Assembly (NCBI GenBank): GCA_963663275.1
Contig: OY760183.1
Location: 1,344,001-1,408,000 of the forward strand
Length of the DNA stretch: 64,000 bases
Reading direction: 5' to 3'
Source of the DNA: Chloroflexota bacterium
GTDB taxonomy: Bacteria; Chloroflexota; UBA11872; VXOZ01
Part shown: one piece after another, positions 62,935 through 64,000 of the stretch
How positions within the stretch are numbered: the stretch's first letter is position 1
How the letters are laid out: every line of letters starts with the position of its first letter
Position numbers and translations under genes: made by a program
Notes under the pieces: generated by a model
Databases searched by the model: none
The model's input: the letters and a program-made list of their open reading frames with translations, nothing else
Told to the model about the DNA's origin: nothing

Positions 62935-63234
62935 ATGCCTACTGCAAAGAGATTTTGCGTTCATTGTATCCTTGGTTCGATCTGCACGTTTTCGCTTGGC
63001 TTTAGTCTGATGGTTTTCTTAACCTTGTTGGCTTGGAAAGCTGGATGGGGCCCATTCACGGTTGCGCTAGGGCCGCTTGAGCTGATGGAATACCAGACCG
63101 GCGGCTCAACCAAGTTCGCATTCGAGTTCGGGAATGACTTCTTGCTTCTCGCGGCACTGGGCGGCCTAATCTACGGGCTTGGCGCGCGTCGACTTGCAAG
63201 ACATTTCAGCTTGTTGCGAAGGGCGCTAAGCTAG
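62935..63234 (+). CDS. Small membrane hypothetical protein
   Basis: Two hydrophobic segments; aaggag RBS. Confidence 0.55.
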   Translation: MPTAKRFCVHCILGSICTFSLGFSLMVFLTLLAWKAGWGPFTVALGPLELMEYQTGGSTKFAFEFGNDFLLLAALGGLIYGLGARRLARHFSLLRRALS

Positions 63235-63446
63235 CCGTTCTTTCCCTGGGTCGCGTACACGCGCGCGAGAATGTGGCGCGGCGAGCCCTGCCGTTCCTCA
63301 CTCAAAACTGCGGCGGACAGCCAGTCTCGCACTCTCTACGGAACCGATGTCCAAGCGCGCTGTGGAGATGGATTCCAACTTACGCCGGAGTGACGGCGTC
63401 GGAGCGGGTAGGGGCACGACATGTCGTGCCCCTACCCGCCGCTGGA

Positions 63447-64000
63447 CTAGGCGGGCCGGGCAATGAAGATCATCTTCTCCTCGATGCCCGTAAACGGCTC
63501 GGCCTCGTAGGAACCGAAGACGTTTTCCACGGCAAAGCGGCACTCCGCCAGCCGCGCCTCCATCTCATAGCGGTACGTGTAGCGCACCGGGAACGTGGAG
63601 ACAATCCGCCGAATGCTGCCGTCGGTCTGCAGGTGGTCGTAGAGGTAGGTCGTCCGCACCACCTGCGTCTCACGGTCCACTTCCCACATCTCGAACTGCT
63701 GGATGGGCACGCCGGTCAAGGGATCCGCCAGCACGTTGCGCAGCGTCACCATGCGATCGCGCAGGCCGTACTCCTGGGTGAGCGGATTGAAGAGGTCGAG
63801 CGCCAGCAGGCCGTCGGGATGCAACATGCGGCGGGCGGCCTCCAGCGCCTGGGATTGCTGGAGCGGCGTGGCGAGGTGCGCAAAGGCGTTGAGGGCCGAA
63901 AACACGAGCCGCGCTTGCCCGGAGACAGGAAGCGCGGCGGACTCCATGGATTGCCGCAACAGCCGGAACTGGGCGGCGGGGACGTCGTGGGCCTGGAACC
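63447..64000 (-). CDS. Class I SAM-dependent methyltransferase, 5' end outside the window
   Basis: ALNAFAHL, LHPDGLLALDLFNP, RYTYRYEM and VFGSY, typical of the C-terminal half. Confidence 0.75.
   Translation of the reverse strand, partial: FQAHDVPAAQFRLLRQSMESAALPVSGQARLVFSALNAFAHLATPLQQSQALEAARRMLHPDGLLALDLFNPLTQEYGLRDRMVTLRNVLADPLTGVPIQQFEMWEVDRETQVVRTTYLYDHLQTDGSIRRIVSTFPVRYTYRYEMEARLAECRFAVENVFGSYEAEPFTGIEEKMIFIARPA

Overview
GC-rich bacterial chromosomal window with no rRNA, tRNA, CRISPR array, integrase or transposase recognised. Gene content (MqnP-like prenyltransferase, plant-type LRR and TolB-like lipoproteins, Tat-lipoprotein solute-binding paralogues, very dense palindromic intergenic repeats) suggests a Chloroflexota genome of the kind found in sponge-associated communities; this is inference only. 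Housekeeping genes include groEL, ctaA, copA, lysC, argB, lipA and lipB, along with many catabolic enzymes. Scattered accessory loci are a type II R-M pair, a low-GC two-gene island (wHTH-like protein plus GHKL/MORC-like ATPase) that truncates a solute-binding gene, an HsdR_N-like gene followed by a start-less DUF2442 ORF, and two toxin-antitoxin-like pairs. The most unusual structure is at ~32.8-38.5 kb. Three divergent TolB-like beta-propeller lipoprotein genes are each preceded by a remnant of the same zinc-metalloprotease C-terminus (D/N-C-x-P/S-x-x-x-DIxAIxAxYQ) and each is followed by an overlapping stop/start, like an orphan-immunity array of a protease/inhibitor system. Other points of note are a family of secreted proteins with conserved leader, signal peptide, C-terminal domain and terminator, three-level nesting of MITEs and REPs, and several enzymes that have lost their catalytic residues. 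Coordinates were read by eye, no database searches were run, and family names come from remembered motifs.
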